Positions 9,969 through 20,312 of a stretch of DNA of 62,569 nucleotides are shown here, piece after piece. Origin of the DNA: an uncultured Alphaproteobacteria bacterium. Lineage in GTDB: Bacteria > Pseudomonadota > Alphaproteobacteria > HIMB59 > GCA-002718135. The translations under genes and the position numbers were made by a program. The notes beneath the pieces are model-generated. The model saw only the letters and a program-made list of their open reading frames with translations. It did no database searches and had not been told where the DNA came from. The stretch's first letter is position 1; each line of letters starts with the position of its first letter. The stretch lies in the NCBI GenBank assembly GCA_902530685.1, contig CACAAZ010000004.1, forward strand, positions 1 through 62,569, read 5' to 3'.

Positions 9969-11027
9969 CTAAGTTGGTAATGGACATCTATTATCTAAAA
10001 GTTTTTTTGAAGTCAGATATTCCCAGAAATCTTTAGAAATAGGATCTTTATATAGATTTACATTTTCTTTTACTTGATCAGTGTTAGTCATACCTAATAT
10101 ACATGTCGATACTATTTTATTAGCGTAAGGAAATTGAATTGCTGCATGTCTTAATGATATATTAAATTTTTTACATGCATCTTGTAAAGCATATGCTTTT
10201 TCTAGCCAATAATCAGCACTTTCATAATCCTTTGGTATTCTTACTAGACTTGTTGCTAAATTTTCTTCCCAATTTTTGTCTAGTTTTGAGTAGTCAAAAT
10301 AGGAATTAGGACTTGGTTCATTTAATATTCCACTATTAAAGACTCCTCCTAGAATTAATGTAATTTTTTTTTCATCACAAATTGGAATTAATCTTTCAAT
10401 ACTTGTCTGATCAATTAAAGTGTATCTTCCTGCTAATAAAAAACAATCAAAGCAATCTAATTGAGCTAATTCAATCAACATTTCATTTTGATTTAAACCA
10501 CAACCAATTGCTTTAATGACCTTTTCTTCTCTTAATTTAATCATTGCTTTGATTGCACCTCTTTTTGCATGATACAAAGCATCAGGGCTATTATCAGGAT
10601 CATGCAAATGAAGAATATCAACTCGATCAAGTTTCAGCCTATTTAAACTATCTTCAAAAGAACGCATTGTTGCATCATATGAGAAATCGAATTTAGAGTC
10701 TTTATTCAAGGGTTGGCCTTTAAATTTTTCTGCAGCTTTAGAATTTTCTGTCTCAATAATTAACCTTCCAACTTTTGTTGATATTACAAATTCATCTCTA
10801 TTTTGCTTACTTAAAAATTCACCTACTCTAATTTCTGACATTCCTGATCCATATAATGGAGCTGTGTCAAAATAACGAATTCCTTCTTCCCAAGCTTTTT
10901 TAAGTGTATCAAAAGCAATTTCATCGCTAACTGCAACTGGCCAACCTCCTAGTGGAGCACATCCCATACCAAGCTCAGTAATTGCTAAATCTGTATCACC
11001 AATTTTTCTCTTTGCAATACTTGTCAT
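9969..11027 (-). CDS. aldo/keto reductase (D-threo-aldose/L-fucose 1-dehydrogenase-like)
   Basis: LGMGCAPLG, YFDTAPLYGSGMSE, STKVGR, FDFSYDA, LHLHDPD, LLAGRYTL, GGVFNSGIL. Confidence 0.88.
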   Translation of the reverse strand: MTSIAKRKIGDTDLAITELGMGCAPLGGWPVAVSDEIAFDTLKKAWEEGIRYFDTAPLYGSGMSEIRVGEFLSKQNRDEFVISTKVGRLIIETENSKAAEKFKGQPLNKDSKFDFSYDATMRSFEDSLNRLKLDRVDILHLHDPDNSPDALYHAKRGAIKAMIKLREEKVIKAIGCGLNQNEMLIELAQLDCFDCFLLAGRYTLIDQTSIERLIPICDEKKITLILGGVFNSGILNEPSPNSYFDYSKLDKNWEENLATSLVRIPKDYESADYWLEKAYALQDACKKFNISLRHAAIQFPYANKIVSTCILGMTNTDQVKENVNLYKDPISKDFWEYLTSKKLLDNRCPLPT

Positions 11028-11035
11028 TTTAATTA

Positions 11036-12190
11036 TTACAAATTACCATTAAAAGAATCTTGATACAATTTTAAAAAATCTTCTTGAGATAATTTTTTTG
11101 GATTTGTAGCAGTTGATGGATCTGCCAAAGCCATTTTACTCATTAATTCAAATTTTTCATCATTATCTATAATTTCTTTTAAAGTATGTGGTATATTAAG
11201 ATTTTTTCTTATTTCTAAAATCCAATCTAAAAAATTTTCAAATGAATTATTTTTAAAATTTAAATAGGATGATAAATCTTTAATTTTTATTTCAATTGTG
11301 TCTTTATTTTTATTTAAAACATATGGCATAAAAACAGCATTTGTTAAACCATGATGAGTATCATAAATAGCACCTACAGGATGACTTAGTGAATGTATTG
11401 CACCAAGGCCTTTTTGAAAAGCTATTGAACCCATAGAAGAGCTTGTTAACATATTTGCTCGTGCATTTATGTTGTTACCATTATTATAAGCATCTAAAAG
11501 GTTATCTTTTATTAATTTTATACCTTCTAATGCTATACCTTGAGAATAAGGATGAAATTTTGGAGAGCAATATGCTTCAATACAGTGAGCTAAAGCATCC
11601 ATTCCTGTAAATGCGGTTAGGTTTTTGGGAAGAGGTATTGTTAAAATTGGATCTAAAATTACAGTAGAAGGAAGCATTTTGGGATGAAAAATAATTTTTT
11701 TTTCTTTTGTAACCTCATTAGTAAATACTGAGGCTCTACCTGTTTCAGATCCAGTACCAGCTGTTGTAGGAATTGCAATTATTGGAAAAATAACATCAGC
11801 ATTTGCCCTTGTCCACCAATCATCTATATCTTCAAAATCCCATAATGGTCTTTTTTGTTTAGCCATAAATGCTATACCTTTACCTACATCCATTCCAGAA
11901 CCACCCCCAACTGCTATAACCCCATCATTATTGTTTAAATTAAATTGGTTGACACCATCTCTTACATTTTTTTCAGTAGGATTAGATTGAACATCGCTAT
12001 AGATAATTGCTTTATTCGATAATGAACCCTGTATTTTTTCTATAATATTTGTTTTTAATATACCTGGATCAGTAACGATTAAAGGATTAGAAATATTAAG
12101 TTTATTGCATGCTTTTTGAATTTCTTTAACTCTATTTTCTCCAAACAATATATTTGATGGATAGCTCCAATTACAACTTTCAATATTCAA
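11036..12190 (-). CDS. iron-containing alcohol dehydrogenase
   Basis: AVGGGSGMDVGK, IPTTAGTGSE, GMDALAHCIE, GAIHSLSH, HHG. Confidence 0.92.
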   Translation of the reverse strand: MNIESCNWSYPSNILFGENRVKEIQKACNKLNISNPLIVTDPGILKTNIIEKIQGSLSNKAIIYSDVQSNPTEKNVRDGVNQFNLNNNDGVIAVGGGSGMDVGKGIAFMAKQKRPLWDFEDIDDWWTRANADVIFPIIAIPTTAGTGSETGRASVFTNEVTKEKKIIFHPKMLPSTVILDPILTIPLPKNLTAFTGMDALAHCIEAYCSPKFHPYSQGIALEGIKLIKDNLLDAYNNGNNINARANMLTSSSMGSIAFQKGLGAIHSLSHPVGAIYDTHHGLTNAVFMPYVLNKNKDTIEIKIKDLSSYLNFKNNSFENFLDWILEIRKNLNIPHTLKEIIDNDEKFELMSKMALADPSTATNPKKLSQEDFLKLYQDSFNGNL

Positions 12191-13563
12191 TTAATTGTCC
12201 TCAAGTGATAGCTCTTGGCTCTTGTTAGATAATCAAATCCAAGAACTGAAAGAGTAACTCCAATTCCTGTATCTTTTACTCCAGTCCAGGCTAATCCTGG
12301 ATCTAAATAATCACAACGATTCATAAAAAAAGTTCCTGTCTCAACTTTAGAACCTATATCTTTTGCAATTTCATTATCTGAAGTCCAAATACTAGCTGTT
12401 AATCCATAATCACTATCATTCATAAGCTGAACTGCTTCATTTTCATTTTGTACTTTCATTATACCTACTGTTGGACCAAATGTTTCTTCTTTCATAAATT
12501 TCATTGAATGATCAACATTTATAAGAGCAGATGGGCTAACATAACAATTTTTATTGTTATCTGACTCAAAGTATTTACTAATTATATTTTTAGCTCCTTT
12601 ATTGATAGCCTCTAATACTTGCAATCTAATATTTTTTGCTGCTTTCAATCTTACAACAGGTCCAAGATTTGTTGTTTGTTCTAAAGGATTTCCTAAATTA
12701 TAATTTTCAGTAAACGATTTAAATCCATCAACAAACTTATTATAAATTTTTTCATCAACATATATTCTTTCAATACCACAACATGATTGACCAGAATTAA
12801 AATATGAACCATCAACTAAATTTTCAATTGCGTGTTCTAAATTACAATCATATCTTACATAAGCAGGATCCTTACCACCAAGCTCCAGACCTGCGCCTAT
12901 AAATCTTGTTCCAATAGATTTTTTAACTTCTTTACCTCCGCTAACTGATCCAGTAAATAAAACATGATCAATTCTACTATCTGCAATTATTTTTGAAGTT
13001 GATGCGTGATCTAAATGAAGATACTGAAATACGTTTTTCGGTAAAACTGATTTTTCTGCTGCTTCAAATAATTGTTCAGCACAAAGTGGAGTTTGTGATG
13101 AATGTTTAAGAATAACTGTGTTACCCGCTAACAGACTTGGGACGATAGAGTTCACAGAGGTATTTAGAGGATAATTCCAAGGAGCAATTACAAATATTGT
13201 TCCAAGTGGTTCCTTCTCAATAAAATTATCAAATTCATTATTTTTTTTTGAAATTAAAGGAAGTAATGCCCTTTCACAATTTTCTATCATATATTTTGCC
13301 CTTTCTTCAAAACCTTTCATTTCTCCAGGGCATTGAGTAATAGGTCTTCCAATTTGTTTACATAACATTTCTACAATTTCATTATTTGATAAAAAATATT
13401 CAACAAAATTTAAGACTGCCTCTTTTCTAATTTTTAAAGGAGTATTTCTCCACAATCGAAATGCTGTTTTTGCGTTTTCTAGAGTAGTTTCGATTTCATT
13501 ATCAGAAGAATAATTTCTTTCTACTAAAATTGAGTTGTCGATTGGAGTAATTGTTTTAAGCAT
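12187..13563 (-). CDS. NAD(P)-dependent aldehyde dehydrogenase
   Basis: APWNYP, FTGS, LELGGKDP, FNSGQSCC, EETFGP. Confidence 0.92.
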   Translation of the reverse strand: MLKTITPIDNSILVERNYSSDNEIETTLENAKTAFRLWRNTPLKIRKEAVLNFVEYFLSNNEIVEMLCKQIGRPITQCPGEMKGFEERAKYMIENCERALLPLISKKNNEFDNFIEKEPLGTIFVIAPWNYPLNTSVNSIVPSLLAGNTVILKHSSQTPLCAEQLFEAAEKSVLPKNVFQYLHLDHASTSKIIADSRIDHVLFTGSVSGGKEVKKSIGTRFIGAGLELGGKDPAYVRYDCNLEHAIENLVDGSYFNSGQSCCGIERIYVDEKIYNKFVDGFKSFTENYNLGNPLEQTTNLGPVVRLKAAKNIRLQVLEAINKGAKNIISKYFESDNNKNCYVSPSALINVDHSMKFMKEETFGPTVGIMKVQNENEAVQLMNDSDYGLTASIWTSDNEIAKDIGSKVETGTFFMNRCDYLDPGLAWTGVKDTGIGVTLSVLGFDYLTRAKSYHLRTIN

Positions 13564-13633
13564 TTGTTTAGATTTAGATATTTTAATAAATTAAATCAAT
13601 TAATTTTTTTAAATTTACATATATATATTAACT

Positions 13634-14386
13634 ATGAAATTAACTTTTAAAGGAAAGACTGCTCTTGTTACTGGCGGATCAGGTGGTATTGGTTTATCTA
13701 TTGTCCAGAAATTAATTAAGAATCACATAAAAGTTATTGTTATTGATAAAGCTAATGCTAACAAAAAATTTTCAAAAAATAAATATATAGAATTTATTAA
13801 ATTGGATTTATCTGAAGATGAAGATTTAAAAAATAATCTAGAGTATATTAAAAGTAAATATAAAAAAATTGACTATTTGATTAATGCTGCTGGAGTTTTG
13901 TGGTTTAATAATGATGTCAGCTTAGAAAAAATATCTTTAAATATATGGGATAAAGTGATGGATATAAACCTTCGGTCAATTGTAGTTATATCTCAAACAA
14001 TATTACCTCTTATGAAAAAAAATAAATTTGGATCTATAGTAAATATTTCATCAATTGATGCATTATCTGGAGATGATAAACCTCAGGATGCATATGGTAC
14101 ATCAAAAGCTGCTCTTCTAAGACTTTCAAAATCTGTTTCTATTCAGTATGCAAAATATAAAATTAGATCAAACTCTATATTGCCTGGACCAATTGATACT
14201 CCTATGCAAAAAAGATGGAAAATAAATCCTGTTGCGAAAAAAAATTTATCAAAGAATATTCCGCTTCAAAGAATCGGTTTGCCTAAAGACATAGCTAATG
14301 CATCTCTTTTCTTACTTTCAGATCAAAGTGAATTTATAACGGGAGCAGAACTTATTGTTGATGGTGGTCTTAGAGCAAAACCCTGA
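13634..14386 (+). CDS. short-chain dehydrogenase/reductase
   Basis: VTGGSGGIG, INAAG, YGTSK, ITGAELIVDGG. Confidence 0.9.
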   Translation: MKLTFKGKTALVTGGSGGIGLSIVQKLIKNHIKVIVIDKANANKKFSKNKYIEFIKLDLSEDEDLKNNLEYIKSKYKKIDYLINAAGVLWFNNDVSLEKISLNIWDKVMDINLRSIVVISQTILPLMKKNKFGSIVNISSIDALSGDDKPQDAYGTSKAALLRLSKSVSIQYAKYKIRSNSILPGPIDTPMQKRWKINPVAKKNLSKNIPLQRIGLPKDIANASLFLLSDQSEFITGAELIVDGGLRAKP

Positions 14387-14388
14387 AT

Positions 14389-15747
14389 TTATCCTCTTTC
14401 AAAATATCTACGAAGCTGCCAATCATTTACGGAAGAGTCATATTCTTTTTGTTCCCACTCAGCTGCATGAATATAATGCTCTATAACATCTGCATCTAAA
14501 ATATTTTTTAAAAGTTTTGATTTTTTTGCAATTTCAATCGCTTCACTTAATGTTTTAGGAATTTCTCTAACTTTTTTTTGATAAATGTTTCCACTATAAG
14601 GTTCTTCTAATTTTAATTTTTTTTCTATTCCATATAAACCTGCAGCAACAAGTGCTGCAAAAGATAAATATGGATTTACATCAGCCCCAGGCACCCTACA
14701 TTCTATTCTTATTGAAGATCCATGACCGGCTAGTCTAAAACCCGCTGTTCTATTGTCTATACCCCAAACTGATTTAGTAGGTGCGAAAGAACCATCTTGA
14801 AATCGCTTATAAGAATTAATGTTTGGAGCTAGAAAAATAGAGATATCAGATAAAAATTTTATTTGACCTGCCACGTAACTTTTAAAAATATTAGACATTC
14901 CATATTTATCCTTCGAATTATAAAAAACATTTTTTTTAGTTTTTTTATCAAATAAAGAATTATGTATATGGCATGAACTGCCGCCAACTTCTTCCTTATA
15001 TTTAGCCATAAATGTTATCGCTTTATTATGTTTAAAAGCAATTTCTTTAGCAGCATTTTTGATAAGTACGTGATTATCAGCCATACTCAGAGCATTTGTA
15101 AAAACCACATTTATTTCTTCTTGCCCTGGAGCTGCCTCTCCTTTGGAGCATTCGACATAAATTCCTGATTTAAGTAGAGAATTTCTAAGCTCTCGTAAAA
15201 CATCTTCCTCTTTGGTGGTTTGAAAAATCATATAATCTTGAATATACCAAGATGACTCTTGAAAATTAGAGTATTTATTTTTGTGGATATCATCGTATGT
15301 TTGATTAAATAAAAAAAACTCTAGCTCCGAACCAATCATTGGTTCAAAGCCCATTTTATTTGCTTTAGAAACAACATTTCTTAATATTTGTCTTGTGGAA
15401 TGCATTAATGGTTTTTTTCCATCATGATCCAAACAATCACATAATACAATTGCAGTTTTTTCTAACCAATGAGCAATTTTAAGAGTACTTAGATCTGGAA
15501 TTACAGTCATATCACCATAACCAGTTTCCCATGATGATGATTTATAACCAGGGACAGTAAACATATCCATATCCACAGTATATAAATAATCACACATATG
15601 AGTTTCTTTGTAAACGTAATCAATAAATGCTTTCCCAGTTACTCTTTTTCCATTTAATCGACCTTGCATATCAGATACACACACAAGTACTGTGTCTATT
15701 TCATGATTGCTAATTGCTTTTTTAAGTTGACTAAAAGTTATACTCAT
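14389..15747 (-). CDS. glutamine-synthetase-like gamma-glutamyl-amine ligase (PuuA/IpuC/ethanolamine gamma-glutamylase type)
   Basis: DMQGRLNGKR, SWETGYGD, ELEFFLF, KGEAAPGQEEIN, SSCHIH, NSYKRF, WGIDNRTAGFR, RIECRVPGADVNPY, C-terminal RRYFERG. Confidence 0.85.
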   Translation of the reverse strand: MSITFSQLKKAISNHEIDTVLVCVSDMQGRLNGKRVTGKAFIDYVYKETHMCDYLYTVDMDMFTVPGYKSSSWETGYGDMTVIPDLSTLKIAHWLEKTAIVLCDCLDHDGKKPLMHSTRQILRNVVSKANKMGFEPMIGSELEFFLFNQTYDDIHKNKYSNFQESSWYIQDYMIFQTTKEEDVLRELRNSLLKSGIYVECSKGEAAPGQEEINVVFTNALSMADNHVLIKNAAKEIAFKHNKAITFMAKYKEEVGGSSCHIHNSLFDKKTKKNVFYNSKDKYGMSNIFKSYVAGQIKFLSDISIFLAPNINSYKRFQDGSFAPTKSVWGIDNRTAGFRLAGHGSSIRIECRVPGADVNPYLSFAALVAAGLYGIEKKLKLEEPYSGNIYQKKVREIPKTLSEAIEIAKKSKLLKNILDADVIEHYIHAAEWEQKEYDSSVNDWQLRRYFERG

Positions 15748-15759
15748 TGTTTTAAGTTT

Positions 15760-15787
15760 TAATCCAGCACTTATGAGTGCTGGATTA
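15760..15787 (-). terminator. stem-loop after the TRAP SBP gene (mRNA stabiliser or weak terminator)
   Basis: Perfect 12-bp inverted repeat TAATCCAGCACT-tatg-AGTGCTGGATTA; no U-tract on the coding (-) strand. Confidence 0.65.
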
Positions 15788-15800
15788 TTAAATTAATTTT

Positions 15801-16871
15801 TTATCTGTATGGATAACCTGCTTTATCCATTGTTGCAGCATATAACTTAAATGCATCAACAACTTTACCACTACGTGGACTAGAGCTTGCTACATCATCC
15901 CAGAATTTTTCAGCATCTTTTACAACGCCAGACCATTCATTAGCAGGAAGACTTGTTAATTCCATCTTTTTACCATTTACTCGCAAGTCAGCTTCTCCAC
16001 CCCAATACCATACTTGTCTATAGTAGTGAGATTGATCGATTGACATTTTAAATAGTTCTTGAAGTTTTGGTGATAATTTTTCCCAGCTCTTTGAGTTAGC
16101 AAAATAAGAACCAAACCATGCACCAGTTACAGAATTTGTAAGTGCATAATTACAAATATCAGCCCACCCAACTTCATAAGCTTCAGTAAATCCACACCAA
16201 CAGACGCCATCTAGCTCACCTGTTTGCATAGCAACTTCTACATCATCCCAAGGTACTATTACAGGGATAAGTCCATATTGTGCTAAGAAACGACCAGCAG
16301 TAGGAACTCCAAATACTCTTAGTCCTTTCATGTCTGCTAATGATTCTATTTTTTTGTTAACTGTGAATAAATGACATGGATCCCAAGCACTTGTGCTAAG
16401 CCAAGTTACATTCTTAACTTCACCATATGCTTCTGCCCAAATTTCATCTAAACCATAATATTTAAACATTGCTGGAACATCTAAACTATATCTTGTTGCA
16501 AAAGGAAAATAACCTCCAAAGACAGATATATCTACGGGAGACCCCATAGTTGCATCATCACTTTGAACTGCATCAATAGTACCAGCTTGCATTGCTCTAA
16601 ATAATTCATCGGTAGGAACTAGTTGATCTGCATAGTATAGTTCAATTTCCATTTCTCCATGGGCAGCTTTATTAAAAGCTTCAATTTGAGGAAGTACAAC
16701 GTGTGCACCTAAGGGAGCACCAGAATAAGTTTGTAATCTCCATTTAATTGGGTTTGTAGCTGCATAACCATAGGGTGCTGCTAGAGTAGAAGCTCCTAAT
16801 GCACCAGCAGAAACCAAACCAGCTTTTTTTAAAAACTCACGTCTTTTAGTAAGATTTTTTTTATTATTCAT
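15801..16871 (-). CDS. TRAP transporter solute-binding protein (DctP) with Tat signal
   Basis: Twin-arginine leader KRREFLKKAG, WRLQTY, GEMEIELYYADQLVP, MQTGELDG; strong AAGGAGG SD upstream. Confidence 0.9.
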   Translation of the reverse strand: MNNKKNLTKRREFLKKAGLVSAGALGASTLAAPYGYAATNPIKWRLQTYSGAPLGAHVVLPQIEAFNKAAHGEMEIELYYADQLVPTDELFRAMQAGTIDAVQSDDATMGSPVDISVFGGYFPFATRYSLDVPAMFKYYGLDEIWAEAYGEVKNVTWLSTSAWDPCHLFTVNKKIESLADMKGLRVFGVPTAGRFLAQYGLIPVIVPWDDVEVAMQTGELDGVCWCGFTEAYEVGWADICNYALTNSVTGAWFGSYFANSKSWEKLSPKLQELFKMSIDQSHYYRQVWYWGGEADLRVNGKKMELTSLPANEWSGVVKDAEKFWDDVASSSPRSGKVVDAFKLYAATMDKAGYPYR

Positions 16872-16971
16872 TTAACCTCCTTTCAAAAGTAAATAAGAAT
16901 AAATAATAGATTATTTAAATATGTTAAAAATTATAAATCAAGAAATTTTGCTCAGTTTTTTAATTATCTAG

Positions 16972-18309
16972 CTATCTACTAGAAACATAATCTGGCAGCC
17001 AGGTGGCAATTTCTGGGAATATCATAACTATTGCTAGTCCTAGACACATAACCAATACAAAGGGGATAATTGATCTGTAAATATCAATTAAATCTATTTC
17101 CTTTGGAGCCATTGCTCTCATTAAAAACAAATTGTATCCAAAAGGTGGGGTCATATAAGCTATTTGACATGTAATGGTGTATAGGACACCATACCAAATG
17201 GGGTTAAAACCAAGAGCAATAATTAAAGGCACATATAATGGAGCTACGATAACAAGCATTGCAGTATCATCTAAGAACATTCCCATTAAAATATAAGAAA
17301 GCTGCATCATAATTAAAACACCCCAAGGACTAAGATTCCATCTTTCAATGAATAATGTTTCAATAGCTCTTACTGCACCTATGCCATCAAAAACAGCACC
17401 AAAACTAAGAGCTGCCAAAATAATCCACATAAACATACAAGAAACTCCTAGGGTTTTTTTCAAAGTATTTTCAATAACATTCCACTGAAGTTTGCCTTTT
17501 AATAAAGCTGCTAAAGTGGCACCTAAAGCACCTACCGCAGAACATTCTACTAAACTAGCAATCCCCATTAAAAAAAGTCCAGTCATTGAAAAGAAAATTG
17601 CAAATGGAATTAAACCTGCTTGTAAAAGTTTAAATTTTTCTGATTTAGAAATTTGCCTTTCATGCTTTGGTAGTGCAGGACCAAGTTCAGGTTGAAGCCT
17701 ACATCTTATGTAAATATACAAGATAAATAATGTTGCCATCATAATACCTGGAATTATTCCTGCTAACCATAATTTACTTACTGGTTGCCTAGCAATCATT
17801 CCATAAAGTACAAGAACAACACTTGGTGGAACTAAAATACCAAGTGAACTACCTGCTTGAACTACACCAGTGATCATTCTTTTATCATAACCAAGTTTTA
17901 ACATTGCTGGAAGTGCTATAGTTGCACCTATTGCCATTCCTGCAACACTTAAACCATTCATCGCAGAGATTGCAACCATCATACCCATTGTGCCAATTGC
18001 TAAACCACCTTTAATTCCTCCAAAATAAACATGAAACATTTTATACAGGTCATCAGCAATTCCAGATTCTGAAATCATATAACCCATATAAATAAATAGT
18101 GGTAAGGTAAGCATTGGATACCATTTGAAAAGTTTCCAAGCAGCAGTATATGGCATTTCTACAGAACCGTCTCCCCATACAAGTAAAGCAGCCATTGCTG
18201 CAACAAATCCTATAGCGCCAAATACTCTTTGCCCAGTAAGCAACATAAGCAACATTGTTGCAAACATTGTTATTGCTATTGTTTCATAACTCACAAAATC
18301 AGCAATCAT
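16972..18309 (-). CDS. TRAP transporter large permease (DctM)
   Basis: Highly hydrophobic; LPLFIYMG, SLGILVPPSVVLVLYG, YMTPPFGYNLF; ATG at 18309 overlaps the dctQ TGA (the ORF track starts at TTG 18312). Confidence 0.92.
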   Translation of the reverse strand: MIADFVSYETIAITMFATMLLMLLTGQRVFGAIGFVAAMAALLVWGDGSVEMPYTAAWKLFKWYPMLTLPLFIYMGYMISESGIADDLYKMFHVYFGGIKGGLAIGTMGMMVAISAMNGLSVAGMAIGATIALPAMLKLGYDKRMITGVVQAGSSLGILVPPSVVLVLYGMIARQPVSKLWLAGIIPGIMMATLFILYIYIRCRLQPELGPALPKHERQISKSEKFKLLQAGLIPFAIFFSMTGLFLMGIASLVECSAVGALGATLAALLKGKLQWNVIENTLKKTLGVSCMFMWIILAALSFGAVFDGIGAVRAIETLFIERWNLSPWGVLIMMQLSYILMGMFLDDTAMLVIVAPLYVPLIIALGFNPIWYGVLYTITCQIAYMTPPFGYNLFLMRAMAPKEIDLIDIYRSIIPFVLVMCLGLAIVMIFPEIATWLPDYVSSR

Positions 18310-18818
18310 CAAATTTCTCTATCTAGTACTTTTGCAATATCTTTAAAAAAAATTGCAATAGATTGAAGCAACATTAATAAAATACCAAAAGTCATAATTG
18401 ATTTGATTGGCCAAACATATGGTGCCCAAGCTGTAAATAATCTTTGATTTGTTTCTAAGGTATAAGTTAAACTGGAAATTGAACCTATAAGTAAAACTAC
18501 TAAATAAAATATTAGGAACACACTTGTTAGTGAGTCAAGTAGAGCTTTTGTTTTATCTTTTAGTTTACTATAAATTAAATCCATACGAACGTGATCATCT
18601 GTTAGCATTGAATAACCACCACCTAAGAGATAATATCCAGTCATTACAAATTGTGCCATTTCAATAATCCAAATTAATGGTATGTTAATAATGTTTCTTG
18701 TAACAAAAGATAAAATTAGAATGAACATCATAACAAAAACTAAATACATTGTTGCTCTTCCAGTTTTTAGACTAATATAGTCAATGGTATTTACATAGTA
18801 TTTTATTATGCTTGGCAT
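18309..18818 (-). CDS. TRAP transporter small permease (DctQ)
   Basis: Four TM segments, HVRMDLIY motif. Confidence 0.9.
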   Translation of the reverse strand: MPSIIKYYVNTIDYISLKTGRATMYLVFVMMFILILSFVTRNIINIPLIWIIEMAQFVMTGYYLLGGGYSMLTDDHVRMDLIYSKLKDKTKALLDSLTSVFLIFYLVVLLIGSISSLTYTLETNQRLFTAWAPYVWPIKSIMTFGILLMLLQSIAIFFKDIAKVLDREI

Positions 18819-18878
18819 TTGTTAAATATGTTACTATAGATAATTACATAATAAAGAAAGAATTTCAAAGAGAGAAAT

Positions 18879-20312
18879 ATGGAACAATATAAAAATTTTA
18901 TAGATGGTAAGTGGATAGAGAGTGAGTCAAAAGAAACAATCAAGGTTGATGATCCAGCTAACGGCAAGATTATTGGCGAAATAAGTTGTGCAAAAAAAAC
19001 TGAAGTTGATCTTGCTGTTGATGCAGCGCGACGATCTTTTGAAAGTCGAGTGCTTGTTGACATGCCTTTGTTAGCTAGAGCAAAACTTATGAGGAGAATT
19101 GCAGATGAAACTAGAAAAATTGCTAAAGAAGGTGGTGAGCTTCTTTGTTATGAAAATGGTAAAACTTTAGGAGCAGCAGTGAAAGAATTTACTGATGTTG
19201 CGGATATGTTTGACTATTATGCCGGTCTTACTGATAAGCTTGAAGGTAAAACTATTCCAGTTTCAACTAATGTTTTTGATTATACAGTATTAGAGCCTTT
19301 TGGTGTTTCAGCTCATATTGTTCCATGGAATTATCCATTATCTATGATTGGACGATCATTATCATGCTCATTCGCTACTGGTAACTCAACTATAATAAAA
19401 ACAGCAGAATTAACCCCTTTATCAGCAACAGTTTTTGCAAAGGCATTAACAAATGCTGAAGTGCCTAATGGATTAATTAATATAATATGTGGTTATGGAA
19501 ACGAAGCTGGATCATATTTAGTATCCCATGAGGATGTTAATCATGTCGTGTTTACTGGTTCTGTTGCTACAGGCAAAAAAATTCTACACTCATGTGCCGA
19601 TAAAGCAATTCCCGCTGTGGTTGAACTTGGAGGTAAGTCAGCAGGGATAGTATATCCAGATGCAAACATAGATGACATTCTTTATAGTGCAAGGCATGGA
19701 ATTTTTGGAGTTGCTGGTCAAATATGTACTGCTATGTCCAGACTTGTTGTCCATAAATCAATTAAAGACGAAGTTGTAGATAAACTAGTTGATTTAAGTA
19801 AGTCACTAAAAATTGGCCCAGGTATTGAAAAAGACACTGATCTTACTCCTGTAATATCTGAAAACCAACTTCAAAAGGTTGAAGGTTATGCGCGATCAGG
19901 AATTCAAGAAGGAGCAGAAGCTGCTCATGGCGGTAAAAGAATTGATCGTGATGGTTATTTTATGGAGCCAACAATATTAAATAAAGTAAAACAAGACATG
20001 ACAGTTGCGAGAGAGGAGATATTTGGACCAGTATTATCAATTCTTGAATATGAAGACCAAGATGAAGCAATAAAGATTGCCAATGATACAGATTATGGTT
20101 TGGGAGCCGGTGTTTTTACTAAAGATTTGAAAAAAGCTTCGTGGACAGCTAGCAAGTTAGAGGCAGGCCAAGTATATGTTAATAAATGGTTTACTGGAAA
20201 CCATGCTACTCCTTTTGGAGGGTACAAACAATCTGGCTATAGTAGAGAAAAAGGTATTGATGGATTAAAATCATATCTTCAAGTTAAAAACGTTGGAATA
20301 AGTCTATCTTAA
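18879..20312 (+). CDS. NAD(P)-dependent aldehyde dehydrogenase
   Basis: NFIDGKW, VPWNYP, FTGSVATG, ELGGKS, AGQICTA, EEIFGPV, PFGGYKQSG. Confidence 0.93.
   Translation: MEQYKNFIDGKWIESESKETIKVDDPANGKIIGEISCAKKTEVDLAVDAARRSFESRVLVDMPLLARAKLMRRIADETRKIAKEGGELLCYENGKTLGAAVKEFTDVADMFDYYAGLTDKLEGKTIPVSTNVFDYTVLEPFGVSAHIVPWNYPLSMIGRSLSCSFATGNSTIIKTAELTPLSATVFAKALTNAEVPNGLINIICGYGNEAGSYLVSHEDVNHVVFTGSVATGKKILHSCADKAIPAVVELGGKSAGIVYPDANIDDILYSARHGIFGVAGQICTAMSRLVVHKSIKDEVVDKLVDLSKSLKIGPGIEKDTDLTPVISENQLQKVEGYARSGIQEGAEAAHGGKRIDRDGYFMEPTILNKVKQDMTVAREEIFGPVLSILEYEDQDEAIKIANDTDYGLGAGVFTKDLKKASWTASKLEAGQVYVNKWFTGNHATPFGGYKQSGYSREKGIDGLKSYLQVKNVGISLS

Noticed and set aside
20309-20312. TTAA junctions as transposon target-site duplications
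   Set aside because: Each is simply two overlapping TAA stops; there is no transposase or terminal inverted repeat.
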